Under the pieces are notes generated by a model that ran no database searches, was not told the DNA's origin, and saw nothing but the letters and a program-made list of their open reading frames with translations. A stretch of 64,000 bases of DNA from Chthoniobacteraceae bacterium (lineage in GTDB: Bacteria > Verrucomicrobiota > Verrucomicrobiia > Chthoniobacterales > Chthoniobacteraceae), in contig JBEBGD010000007.1 in NCBI GenBank assembly GCA_040081625.1, positions 39,526 through 103,525 on the forward strand, read 5' to 3'. This document shows, piece by piece, positions 55,702 through 64,000 of this stretch (within the stretch, counting starts at the first letter, position 1; every line of letters begins with the position of its first letter). The position numbers and the translations under genes were made by a program.

Positions 55702-58005
55702 TTACGCGACGGGGACGAAATCGACCTGGCGCTTGAAGCGATCGACGCGCGAGACGATGACGGTCAATTCGTCGCCGAGCGAGAAGCGCTTGCGGCCGCG
55801 GCGGCTGAAGAAGCACTGCCGCACGGCGTCGAACTGGAAGAAGTCGTCGCCGAGCGTGCTGACGTGGATCACGCCGCTCTGGCCCGCGTCGGGCAGCTCG
55901 ACGATGAGGCCGAAGCTGCGCGCCTCGGTGACGATGGCGCGGAATTCCTGCGGCTGGCGGCTGGCGATCTGGCGCTCGAAGAAGTCGAACTTCTTGAGCT
56001 GCACGCTCTCGAACTCGGCGTCGGAGGAGGTGCGCTCGGTGGTGGAAATGTGTGCGGCGATCTGGCCTAGTCCGCCCATGTGCTGGGGCTTCGTGTCGTG
56101 CTTTCCGCGCGCGATGGCAAAGGCGGTCGAGCGATGCACGATGAGGTCGGAGTAGCGGCGGATGGGGCTGGTGAAGTGCGTGTAGTGTCCCTTGGCGAGG
56201 CCGTAGTGACCGAGCGGCTGCGTGTCGTAACGCGCACGCATGAGCCGGCGCAGCAGCGCGAGCTTCACGCTCAGTTCCTCGGGCTGTCCATGCACGGCGC
56301 GCAGGGCTTTCTGCAGCTCGCTGCGCAGTTCGGGATTGCCGATGCGGATGCCGTGCGTCGCGACGATCTCGCGGAATTCGCGCAGGCGCGTCGGCACGGG
56401 CTTTTCGTGGACTCGATAGACGGTGGGAATGTTTCCGCGGGTGAGCATCGAGGCGACGGCCTCGTTCGCGGCGAGCATGAATTCCTCGACGAGCTGGTGG
56501 GAGATGTCGTTTTCGATGCGTTCGATGCGGACGGCGTTGCCTGCGTCGTCGAGGCGGACTTTCAGCTCGGGGAAGTCGAGTTCGAGCGAGCCGGCGGCGA
56601 AGCGGTTTTTGCGCAACAGCGACGCGAGTTCCCACGCGGTGTGCAGGCGCTCGTCGATCGCCGACCCGGGCTTCCGCTGGAGCGCGGCGAAGGCCTCCTT
56701 GTAGGTGAAGCGATGCGCGCTGCGGATGATGGCGCGGGCGAAATGCGAGTGCGTGGGCCGGCCGGCCTTATCGAACTCGATGAACGCGGCGAAGGTGAGC
56801 CGCTCGACATGCGGCTTGAGCGAGCAGATGCCGTTGCTGAGCCGCTCGGGGAGCATCGGGATCACGCGATCGACGAGGTAGGTCGAGTTGCCGCGGATGG
56901 CGGCTTCATTGTCGAGCTCGCCGCCGGGGGTCACGTAGTGCGAGACGTCGGCGATGTGAACCTGCAGGCGCCAGCCATTCGCGAGGCGCTCGACGTGGAT
57001 CGCGTCGTCGAAGTCCTTCGCGTCATCGGGATCGATCGTGACGATGTCGATGCCGCGGCAGTCTTCGCGACGCGCGATTTCCTCCGGGTCGATCTCCTCG
57101 GCGATGCGGTCGGCCTCGGCGAGCACAGCGTCGGGGAAGCGCTCGGGCAGGTCGTGCTTGCGGATGATCGCGAGCATATCCACGCCGGGCGCGCCGGCGG
57201 GGCCGAGCACTTCGACGATGGTGCCCTCGGGATTGACGTGACGGGATTCCCAACGGTCGAGCCGGACGACGACCTTGTAGCCGATGCGCGCGGCGGGTGT
57301 GGTCTCGACGTAAACGTCGTGCGGCATCCGCGGGTCGTCGGGCACGACGTAGTGGAAGCGCTCCGAGCGCTGGAGCGTGCCGACGATGCGCTGCGTGCCG
57401 CGCTCGATGATGCGGATGACACGGCCTTCGCGCCGCTCGGTCGCACGATCGTCGAGGCGCACGACGACGAGGTCGCCGTGGAGCGAAGTGCCGGCGTTGA
57501 TGGAGGTGACGAAGACGTCGTCTTCGCCGCGGCGTTCGCCGACGACGTGCGCGTTGCTGTTGCGGTGGAACTCGATGCGCCCGGTGAAGAGCTGCGCGGT
57601 CTCAGGCAGGACGTAGCGATCCTTGCGGATGCACACGATCGCGCCATCGCGCTCGAGTCCGTCGAGCGCATCGCTGATGCGCCGGCGCTCGGCGCTGTGA
57701 ATGTCGAGAGCCTTCGCGATGCCGGCTTTGTCGAGCGGCTGGTAGTCGGCGTGCTCGAGGAGTGCGAGGATGCGGGCGTTTAATCCGTCGTCATTTCGAG
57801 CGGGCTGCACGGAGCTTGGCGGACGCGGAGCAAGGCGCTTTCGCGCCGCATCCATCGGCGCGGGATTCCTCTGCTTCGCTCCGCCCGCTTTGCCCCCTCC
57901 CCTACGCTCGGACTGAGCGCGGGGCGGCGGTGCCTTTTGACCGCGAGGAGGCGCTGTCTTCCCGCCGCCGGACGGGCGCGGCTGCTGTCCTTTGCGATGC
58001 TTCAC
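55702..58005 (-). CDS. rnr: ribonuclease R
   Basis: TIDPDDAKDFDDA, HIADVS, EEFMLAAN, YTHFTSPIRRYSDL, C-terminal S1 domain. Confidence 0.95.
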   Translation of the reverse strand: MKHRKGQQPRPSGGGKTAPPRGQKAPPPRAQSERRGGGKAGGAKQRNPAPMDAARKRLAPRPPSSVQPARNDDGLNARILALLEHADYQPLDKAGIAKALDIHSAERRRISDALDGLERDGAIVCIRKDRYVLPETAQLFTGRIEFHRNSNAHVVGERRGEDDVFVTSINAGTSLHGDLVVVRLDDRATERREGRVIRIIERGTQRIVGTLQRSERFHYVVPDDPRMPHDVYVETTPAARIGYKVVVRLDRWESRHVNPEGTIVEVLGPAGAPGVDMLAIIRKHDLPERFPDAVLAEADRIAEEIDPEEIARREDCRGIDIVTIDPDDAKDFDDAIHVERLANGWRLQVHIADVSHYVTPGGELDNEAAIRGNSTYLVDRVIPMLPERLSNGICSLKPHVERLTFAAFIEFDKAGRPTHSHFARAIIRSAHRFTYKEAFAALQRKPGSAIDERLHTAWELASLLRKNRFAAGSLELDFPELKVRLDDAGNAVRIERIENDISHQLVEEFMLAANEAVASMLTRGNIPTVYRVHEKPVPTRLREFREIVATHGIRIGNPELRSELQKALRAVHGQPEELSVKLALLRRLMRARYDTQPLGHYGLAKGHYTHFTSPIRRYSDLIVHRSTAFAIARGKHDTKPQHMGGLGQIAAHISTTERTSSDAEFESVQLKKFDFFERQIASRQPQEFRAIVTEARSFGLIVELPDAGQSGVIHVSTLGDDFFQFDAVRQCFFSRRGRKRFSLGDELTVIVSRVDRFKRQVDFVPVA

Positions 58006-58910
58006 CCGGCGAGGCTGAAGACGCGCACCGTTTGTTCCTTGCCTTTGAGCGACTGGTCGCCGTGGTCTTCAAAGTCGCCTGTGAGGCTGAGGTGTTCGGA
58101 GAATTCCTGCGAGAAGATGAGCGACCGGCCGAGTTGCTTCGAGAGCGCCTCGAGCCGGAAGACCGTGTTCACCGCGTCGCCGATGATCGTCGCGTCGCGC
58201 TCCGCGGCGACGCCGACGTTGCTGCACGTGACGTTGCCGTAGTGTAGCGCGATGGCGACGCGAAACGGATCGCCGCCCGGCCAGGTGCGGACCGCCGCCT
58301 TCGCGAGCATCTTGCGCGCAGCGTCGAATGCGCCGGCTGCATCAATCGGCGCATCGCCCCCGCAGCCCCAGTAGGCGAGCATCGCGTCGCCGATGAACTT
58401 ATCGATCGTGCCATTGCTCTCGGTCACGAGATTGCCCGTCTCGCGGAACCATGCGCCGAGCACCTGTGCCACGTCGTTCGGCGGGGTCTTCTCGCTCATG
58501 GCGCTGAAGCCGCGGATGTCGCACACGAGCAGCGCGACCGGTCGCGTCACGATGGCGTGCCCGGCACCGGAGCCGGCGACGGTCATCTGCAAATGCTCGC
58601 CGGTCGTGTCCGGGATTTCTTCACTGAAGGTCATCACGTTGTCCGCGATACGGATCCGGGCGCCGTCGCTGAGCGTCATCGGGACGACGACGCGCTGGTC
58701 ATTGACGAACGTGCCGTTGCGGCTGCCGAGGTCGATGATCTGATATTGGTAGCCGTTGTGGCAGCGCAGGACGGCGTGCTGCCGCGAGACGAGCGGACTG
58801 TTGTTCAGGCAGACGGTATTCTCGCGGGTGCGGCCAATGGTGGCCGTGTTGCCGATCGGCACATCGAACGGCTCTCCTTGGGCTGGTTGAACAAAAAGCT
58901 TGGCTCCCAT
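58002..58910 (-). CDS. FHA domain + class III adenylate cyclase
   Basis: IGR..VSRQHA..DLGSRNGTFVN; CDIRGFS, DKFIGDA, DATIIGDAVNTVFRLE, LKGK. Confidence 0.92.
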   Translation of the reverse strand: MGAKLFVQPAQGEPFDVPIGNTATIGRTRENTVCLNNSPLVSRQHAVLRCHNGYQYQIIDLGSRNGTFVNDQRVVVPMTLSDGARIRIADNVMTFSEEIPDTTGEHLQMTVAGSGAGHAIVTRPVALLVCDIRGFSAMSEKTPPNDVAQVLGAWFRETGNLVTESNGTIDKFIGDAMLAYWGCGGDAPIDAAGAFDAARKMLAKAAVRTWPGGDPFRVAIALHYGNVTCSNVGVAAERDATIIGDAVNTVFRLEALSKQLGRSLIFSQEFSEHLSLTGDFEDHGDQSLKGKEQTVRVFSLAG

Positions 58911-58987
58911 TCCGGGTTAGGTCTGGCCGGCGGAAGCCGCCGGCACGGAGTCAGAGCAAAGGCAATGGGGGCGCATCACGCAAGCAC

Positions 58988-59899
58988 TCAATCGCGGTGT
59001 GCCTCTGTAGCGTCGGCGGCGATCTGCGCGCGCAGCGCGTCGAGCGACGGGAATTTCTGCTCCGCGCGGATGAAACGACGAAAGACGACCTCAAGATCGG
59101 CGCCGTAGATTTCGCGGGCGAAGTCGAGCACGTGGACTTCGAGAAGCCGCTCGCCGGTCGCGTGCGCGATGGTGGGGCGCACGCCGATGTTTGCGACACC
59201 GCGCAGCCGCGCGTCGTCGATGAGCACATCGACGGCATAGACGCCATTCGGCGGGAACTGCTCGTTGTGCGCCGCGAGGTTCGCGGTGGGGAAGCCGAGC
59301 TTGCGGCCGAGCTGCTCGCCGCGCTGGACGGTGCCGAGGATGGAATACTCACGACCAAGAAGCCGCGCGGCGCGGGCGAGATCGCCGTTCTCGATCGCCG
59401 CTCGAAGAGCGGTGCTGCTGACGACTTCGCCATCGATCTCGACGGCGGGCACGCCAACCTCGTCGAAGCCCAGCTCGCCACCGAGCTGGTCGAGGAGCGC
59501 GAGGTTGCCGGCGCGATCTTTTCCGAAGGCCCACTCGTGGCCCACGCAGATCTCGCGCAGCTCGCACGCGGCGGCGATGGCGCGGATGAAATCGGCCGGC
59601 TCGGTAGCCGCGAACTCGCGCGTGAAAGGCAGCGCGAGGATGTGTTCCGCGCCAAGCGAGCGGATGATGCGCAGCTTGTGCGCAGTCGAGGTGAGCAGGC
59701 GCGGCGCCTTTTCGGGCCGGAGGATTTTCGCGGGATGCGGATCGAAGGTCACGACGGCGGCATTGCCGCCGCCCGCGCGCGCATCGGCGAGAGCGCGGGA
59801 GATCACGGCGCGATGTCCGGGATGCACGCCATCGAAGACGCCGATGGCGAGGAAGACCGGGCCGGGGATCGCGGCGAGATTGGCGAGCGTTTCCATCAC
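58988..59899 (-). CDS. ribF: bifunctional riboflavin kinase/FAD synthetase
   Basis: GVFDGVHPGH, TFDPHP, VSST, GFPTAN, NIGVRPT, EVH. Confidence 0.96.
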   Translation of the reverse strand: MMETLANLAAIPGPVFLAIGVFDGVHPGHRAVISRALADARAGGGNAAVVTFDPHPAKILRPEKAPRLLTSTAHKLRIIRSLGAEHILALPFTREFAATEPADFIRAIAAACELREICVGHEWAFGKDRAGNLALLDQLGGELGFDEVGVPAVEIDGEVVSSTALRAAIENGDLARAARLLGREYSILGTVQRGEQLGRKLGFPTANLAAHNEQFPPNGVYAVDVLIDDARLRGVANIGVRPTIAHATGERLLEVHVLDFAREIYGADLEVVFRRFIRAEQKFPSLDALRAQIAADATEAHRD

Positions 59900-60615
59900 G
59901 CCCCGCGCATCCGCGACACGGTCGGGAGGTCGAGCAGCCTCGGCATGAGGGTGGCGGGATTGCCAGCCTTGAGCTCGGCCACGGTCACCGCGTTATCGAC
60001 GCTGAAGCGACCGCTCTTGGTGCGGCGCAGACTTTTGAGATGCGCGCCGCAGCCGAGATCGAGGCCGATGTCATGCACGTAGGTGCGGACGTAGAAGCCT
60101 TTCGAGCACGTGACTCGAAAGTCGATCGCGGGCAGGCGCACGGCCTGCACATCATGGCCGAAGACGTGAACGAAGCGCGGCTCGCGCTCCACGGTCTTGC
60201 CCTGACGCGCGAGTTTGTAGAGCGGCACGCCGTCCTTCTTGATCGCGCTGACCATCGGCGGCGTCTGGTAGAAGTCGCCATGGAGTTTTGCGAACGCGGC
60301 GACGATCTGCTCGCGCGTGAACTCGGGCACGGGGCGCGTCTCGATGACTTCGCCGTCGGCGTCCTGGCTGTCGGTGATCTCGCCGAGTTCCATCGTGCCG
60401 ACGTATTCCTTGTCCTCGGCCATGAGCAGGTCCTGGATCTTCGTGGCGCGCCCGACGACGACGATGAGCAGGCCGGTGGCGAGCGGATCGAGGGTGCCGC
60501 AGTGGCCGATTTTTTTGGTGCCGAGGCTGCGGCGCGCGATGGCGACGACGTCGTGGGACGTCATGCCGGTTGCCTTGTCCACGAGGAGAACGCCGTCAAT
60601 TTCCGATGAGTGCAT
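59896..60615 (-). CDS. truB: tRNA pseudouridine(55) synthase
   Basis: TSHDVV, KIGHCGTLDPLATG, QTPPMVSAIK, CSKGFYVR. Confidence 0.96.
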   Translation of the reverse strand: MHSSEIDGVLLVDKATGMTSHDVVAIARRSLGTKKIGHCGTLDPLATGLLIVVVGRATKIQDLLMAEDKEYVGTMELGEITDSQDADGEVIETRPVPEFTREQIVAAFAKLHGDFYQTPPMVSAIKKDGVPLYKLARQGKTVEREPRFVHVFGHDVQAVRLPAIDFRVTCSKGFYVRTYVHDIGLDLGCGAHLKSLRRTKSGRFSVDNAVTVAELKAGNPATLMPRLLDLPTVSRMRGA

Positions 60616-61576
60616 GGTCGATAGCTGTAAGAACTTTTTCCTGAACCCCGGCGAGCGAGCCGCGGATGCGCGCGCCGGCCGCGAGCGGGTGGCCGCCGCC
60701 GCCGAACTCCGCGCAGAGTGCGCTGGCGTTGAAACTCTCGTCCTTGGAGCGAAGGCTGAGTCGCACGGTGCCCTCGGGCAGTTCTTCAAAAAACGCGGCG
60801 GCGATCACGCCCTGGATGGAGCGGATGTGGTCGATGAGCCCTTCGTTGTCCTCGGGCAGCGCGCCGACCTGCGCGACGATCTCCGGCGTGAGCGCGATGC
60901 TCGCGCAGCGACCGCCGCTGGTGAAGCGAAGCGTGTTGAGAAGCGCGCGCAGCAGCTCGAGGCGGCGGCGTGGGTAGTTCTCATACATTTTGCGAGAGAG
61001 GTCGGCGACGCTGACGCCGGCGCGGATGAGCTCGGCGCCGATCTCGTAGGTGCGCGCGGTGGTGCCGGCGTATTGGAAGCAGCCGGTGTCGGTGCTGATG
61101 GCGACGTAGAGATTGTCGGCCATGGCGTAGGTCAGCGGCAGGTCGCCGGCGCGAAAAAGCTCGTAGAGGATCTGCCCGGTCGCGGGCGCGGAGGGATCGA
61201 CGTGGACGAGGTCGCCGAAGCGCGGGTTGGTGACGTGGTGGTCGATGTTGATCCACATGTCGGCGCGGCCGACCGCGGGCAGGCAGCGACCGACGCGATC
61301 GAGCACGCTGGTGTCGAGCGCGATGGCCACGTCGAACTGTTGCGGCTCGGCGGGCGGCTGCACGACGATCTCGTGGCCCGGCAGGTAACGGAATTTCTCG
61401 AGCACGCCGTCTTCGTTCCACGCGAGCACGTCCTTGCCGAGTTGCTTCAGGCAAAGGGCCATCGCGATCGTGCAGCCGAGCGCATCGCCATCGGGGCGCG
61501 CATGGGACATGACGACGAAGCGCTGCCGCGTGCGGAGCACTTCGGCGATTTCGGCGAGCGTCGCGTCAGCTTTCAT
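60596..61576 (-). CDS. nrnA: DHH family bifunctional oligoribonuclease/PAP phosphatase
   Basis: HARPDGDA, IDHH, TDTGCF, SLRS, GGGGH. Confidence 0.9.
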   Translation of the reverse strand: MKADATLAEIAEVLRTRQRFVVMSHARPDGDALGCTIAMALCLKQLGKDVLAWNEDGVLEKFRYLPGHEIVVQPPAEPQQFDVAIALDTSVLDRVGRCLPAVGRADMWINIDHHVTNPRFGDLVHVDPSAPATGQILYELFRAGDLPLTYAMADNLYVAISTDTGCFQYAGTTARTYEIGAELIRAGVSVADLSRKMYENYPRRRLELLRALLNTLRFTSGGRCASIALTPEIVAQVGALPEDNEGLIDHIRSIQGVIAAAFFEELPEGTVRLSLRSKDESFNASALCAEFGGGGHPLAAGARIRGSLAGVQEKVLTAIDHALIGN

Positions 61577-61946
61577 CCGTATCGGCCAGCGGAGCGGGCG
61601 GCGGCTCGGCCAGGTCGAGTGCGCTGAGGATGTTCAGCACGCGGTCGCCGCGCTCGCCGGTTTCGTCGAGCTTGAAATGGATCTGCGGCGTGAACTTGAG
61701 CACGACACGCTTGGAGAGCTGCGACTGGAGCGATTTGCGCGCGCCGTGCAGGAGCGCCATCGATGCGTATTGCTCGGCAGGCGTGCCCATCATGCCCATC
61801 CATACCGAGGCATGCTTGAGGTCGGGGGCGACATCGACTTCGCGGACGGTGACGAGCTTGGCCGGCATCTGCGGCACTTCGCGGCGGATGAGCGTGTCGA
61901 GCTCGCGCTTGATGAGTTCGTTGACGCGGACGAGGCGGTTTTTCAT
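61566..61946 (-). CDS. rbfA: 30S ribosome-binding factor A
   Basis: RLVRVNELIKREL, PDLKHA, KFTPQIHF; follows infB. Confidence 0.93.
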   Translation of the reverse strand: MKNRLVRVNELIKRELDTLIRREVPQMPAKLVTVREVDVAPDLKHASVWMGMMGTPAEQYASMALLHGARKSLQSQLSKRVVLKFTPQIHFKLDETGERGDRVLNILSALDLAEPPPAPLADTDES

Positions 61947-62024
61947 CGGTGTGACGGGTGGCAGGGCGAGTCGGGCGGCGACAGGTCACTTGGACACTTG
62001 CCACCCGCTACTCGCCGCGAGTCC

Positions 62025-64000
62025 TTACAGCTTCTGCGGGACCTTCTCCAGCAGGTAGCACTCGATGGTGTCGCCGACTTCGTAGTCGTTGAAGTCGCCG
62101 AGCTTGATGCCGCACTCGAGGCCGGTGCGCACTTCCTTCACGTCGTCGGTGAAGCGCTTGAGCGTGGCGAAACCGCCATCGTAAATCGGAGTGCGGCCGC
62201 GCAGCACGCGGGCGCGGGCGTTGCGCTGGACGCGGCCGTCGGTGACGGCGCAGCCGGCGACCGTGCCCTTGGTGAGGTCGAACACTTTTTTGATCTCGGC
62301 GTGACCGATGACTTGCTCGCGCGACTCGGGCTCGAGCAGCCCAGCCATGGCTTCCTTCACCTGGTCGATGAGTTCGTAGATGATCGAGAAGAGCTTGAGC
62401 TGCACGCCTTCGCGCTTGGCGATGGTCGCTGCGACGGCTTCGACTTTCACATTGAAGCCGATGATGACGGCGTTCGACGCGGTGGCGAGCAGCACGTCGT
62501 TCTCGCTGATCGGGCCGACGGCGGTATGGACGAAATCGATATCGACCTTCTTGCTGTCGATCAGCTTGAGCGAGCCCTCGACGGCTTCGAGCGAGCCCTG
62601 CACGTCGGACTTGATGACGAGCTTGAGCGTGGGCCGCTGGCCGGCGGCGATGGACTCGAAGAGATTCTCGAGCGTGGCGCGCTGCGGCGCGGCGAGCTTT
62701 TGCTGGCGCAGCGCGGCCTGGCGCTCGGCGGCGAGTTGCTTGGTCTCGCGGTCGCTCTTGAGCACGACGAGTTCGTCGCCGGCATTGGGCAGGCCGGTAA
62801 ACCCGAGGACTTTGCACGGCGTGCTCGGGCCGGCGGATTTCAACGGCTTGTTCGCGTCGTCGAGCAGGCCCTTCACTTTGCCATCGAAGTTGCCACAGAT
62901 GAACGCATCGCCTGGCCTGAGCGTGCCGCTTCGCACGATGATGGTCGCGGTCGGACCGCGGCCTTGCTCGACTTGCGCTTCGATGACTGTCGCGCGGGAG
63001 GCGCCGGCGTCGGTGGCCTTGATCTCCATGACCTCGGCCTCAAGAAGGATGCGCTCGATGAGTTCGGTGACGCCCTGGCCCTTGACCGCGGAGACCGGGC
63101 ATACGCCGATCTCGCCGCCCCAATCCTCGGCCTGAAGCCCGCGATCCTGAAGCTGGCCTTTGACCTTCTCGATGTTGGCGCCGGGCAGGTCGGTCTTGGT
63201 GATCGCGACGATGATTTTCACCTTCGCGGCCTTCGCGTGGTTCATGGCCTCGATGGTCTGCGGCATGATGCCGTCGTCCGCGGCGACGATGAGCACGACG
63301 ATGTCGGTGACGTTCGCGCCGCGCGCACGCATGGCGGTGAAGGCGGCGTGGCCGGGGGTGTCGAGGAAGGTGATCGGCTGGCCTTTGTAGAGGACCGAGT
63401 AGGCGCCGATGTGCTGGGTGATGCCGCCGGCTTCACCCGCGGCGACGCGGGTCTTGCGGACGGCGTCCATGAGGGTCGTCTTTCCGTGATCGACGTGGCC
63501 CATGAAAGTGACAATCGGCGCGCGCAGCTTGAACTCGGTCGGCTTGTCCTTCTTCTCTTCTTCAATCTCGGCGGCTTTGACTTCCTCGGCCGTGGTCGGC
63601 GTCGCGGGCGGCAGCTCGACCTTGGCTTCCGGCTTGTGGACGCCCTCGCCCTTCTGGCGCTTGTCCTTCTCGAAAGTGTAGCCGTGCAGGTCGCAGACTT
63701 TCGTCGCGATCTCGGCGTCGATCGCCTGGGTCGGGTTGGCGAAAATGCCCATGTCCATCAGGTCCTTGATGACCTGGAACGGCTTCACTCCCATCGCGGT
63801 CGCGAGATCCTTGACGATGATCGGCGGCTTGACGTGGATGATCTTTTTTCCGTCCTCCTCGATGACCTCCGCGCCGTCCGGCACGACGACCACGACCGGC
63901 ACGGGCAGCGCCGCGATGGCCGCCGCGACCTGCTCAGCTTCGATGATCCTGGAGATCGGGGCGAGGAGAAGAAATCCTTCTTCGCCCCGATCTCCAGGAT
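62025..64000 (-). CDS. infB: translation initiation factor IF-2 (N-terminus outside the window)
   Basis: [42 protein letters not shown]. Confidence 0.97.
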   Translation of the reverse strand, partial: PGDRGEEGFLLLAPISRIIEAEQVAAAIAALPVPVVVVVPDGAEVIEEDGKKIIHVKPPIIVKDLATAMGVKPFQVIKDLMDMGIFANPTQAIDAEIATKVCDLHGYTFEKDKRQKGEGVHKPEAKVELPPATPTTAEEVKAAEIEEEKKDKPTEFKLRAPIVTFMGHVDHGKTTLMDAVRKTRVAAGEAGGITQHIGAYSVLYKGQPITFLDTPGHAAFTAMRARGANVTDIVVLIVAADDGIMPQTIEAMNHAKAAKVKIIVAITKTDLPGANIEKVKGQLQDRGLQAEDWGGEIGVCPVSAVKGQGVTELIERILLEAEVMEIKATDAGASRATVIEAQVEQGRGPTATIIVRSGTLRPGDAFICGNFDGKVKGLLDDANKPLKSAGPSTPCKVLGFTGLPNAGDELVVLKSDRETKQLAAERQAALRQQKLAAPQRATLENLFESIAAGQRPTLKLVIKSDVQGSLEAVEGSLKLIDSKKVDIDFVHTAVGPISENDVLLATASNAVIIGFNVKVEAVAATIAKREGVQLKLFSIIYELIDQVKEAMAGLLEPESREQVIGHAEIKKVFDLTKGTVAGCAVTDGRVQRNARARVLRGRTPIYDGGFATLKRFTDDVKEVRTGLECGIKLGDFNDYEVGDTIECYLLEKVPQKL

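Overview
A high-GC, gene-dense bacterial chromosomal window, probably from a Verrucomicrobiota (Chthoniobacterales-like) or other PVC organism. That inference rests on PVC-typical families: a PSD1/DUF1549-DUF1553 cytochrome with DUF1501, a PVC-type CxxCH dehydrogenase, GloVer-repeat proteins and a LEPR-like N-terminal motif. Housekeeping content: ilvD, a lipid A cluster (tlyA-lpxI-GxxExxY-gnnA-like-lpxB-arnT-like), aroK, argS, HU, tRNA-Ile2(CAU), rlmI-like, rlmH, rnr, ribF, truB, nrnA, rbfA and a partial infB. Accessory content: a partial Tat-exported vanadium haloperoxidase absent from the ORF track, a 26-aa-repeat Gly-rich protein, a bacterial lysyl oxidase, a cusBA-like efflux locus with a Cys-rich leader, a secreted single-barrel terpene-cyclase-like protein with YdjY and a 41-aa lipoprotein, a Ser/Thr kinase, two tandem GloVer proteins, a hybrid histidine kinase with a response regulator, and an FHA-adenylate cyclase. 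The most striking structure is a GxxExxY (PD-(D/E)xK-like) gene inside the lipid A operon, enclosed by a 49-bp inverted repeat (45/49 identical) built from 9-nt units. The repeat carries the lpxI stop, the GxxExxY stop and the candidate starts of the next gene. Two nested-palindrome REP-like elements of shared architecture are also present. No CRISPR array, rRNA, integrase or transposase was seen. All family assignments come from motif recognition by eye, not database searches.
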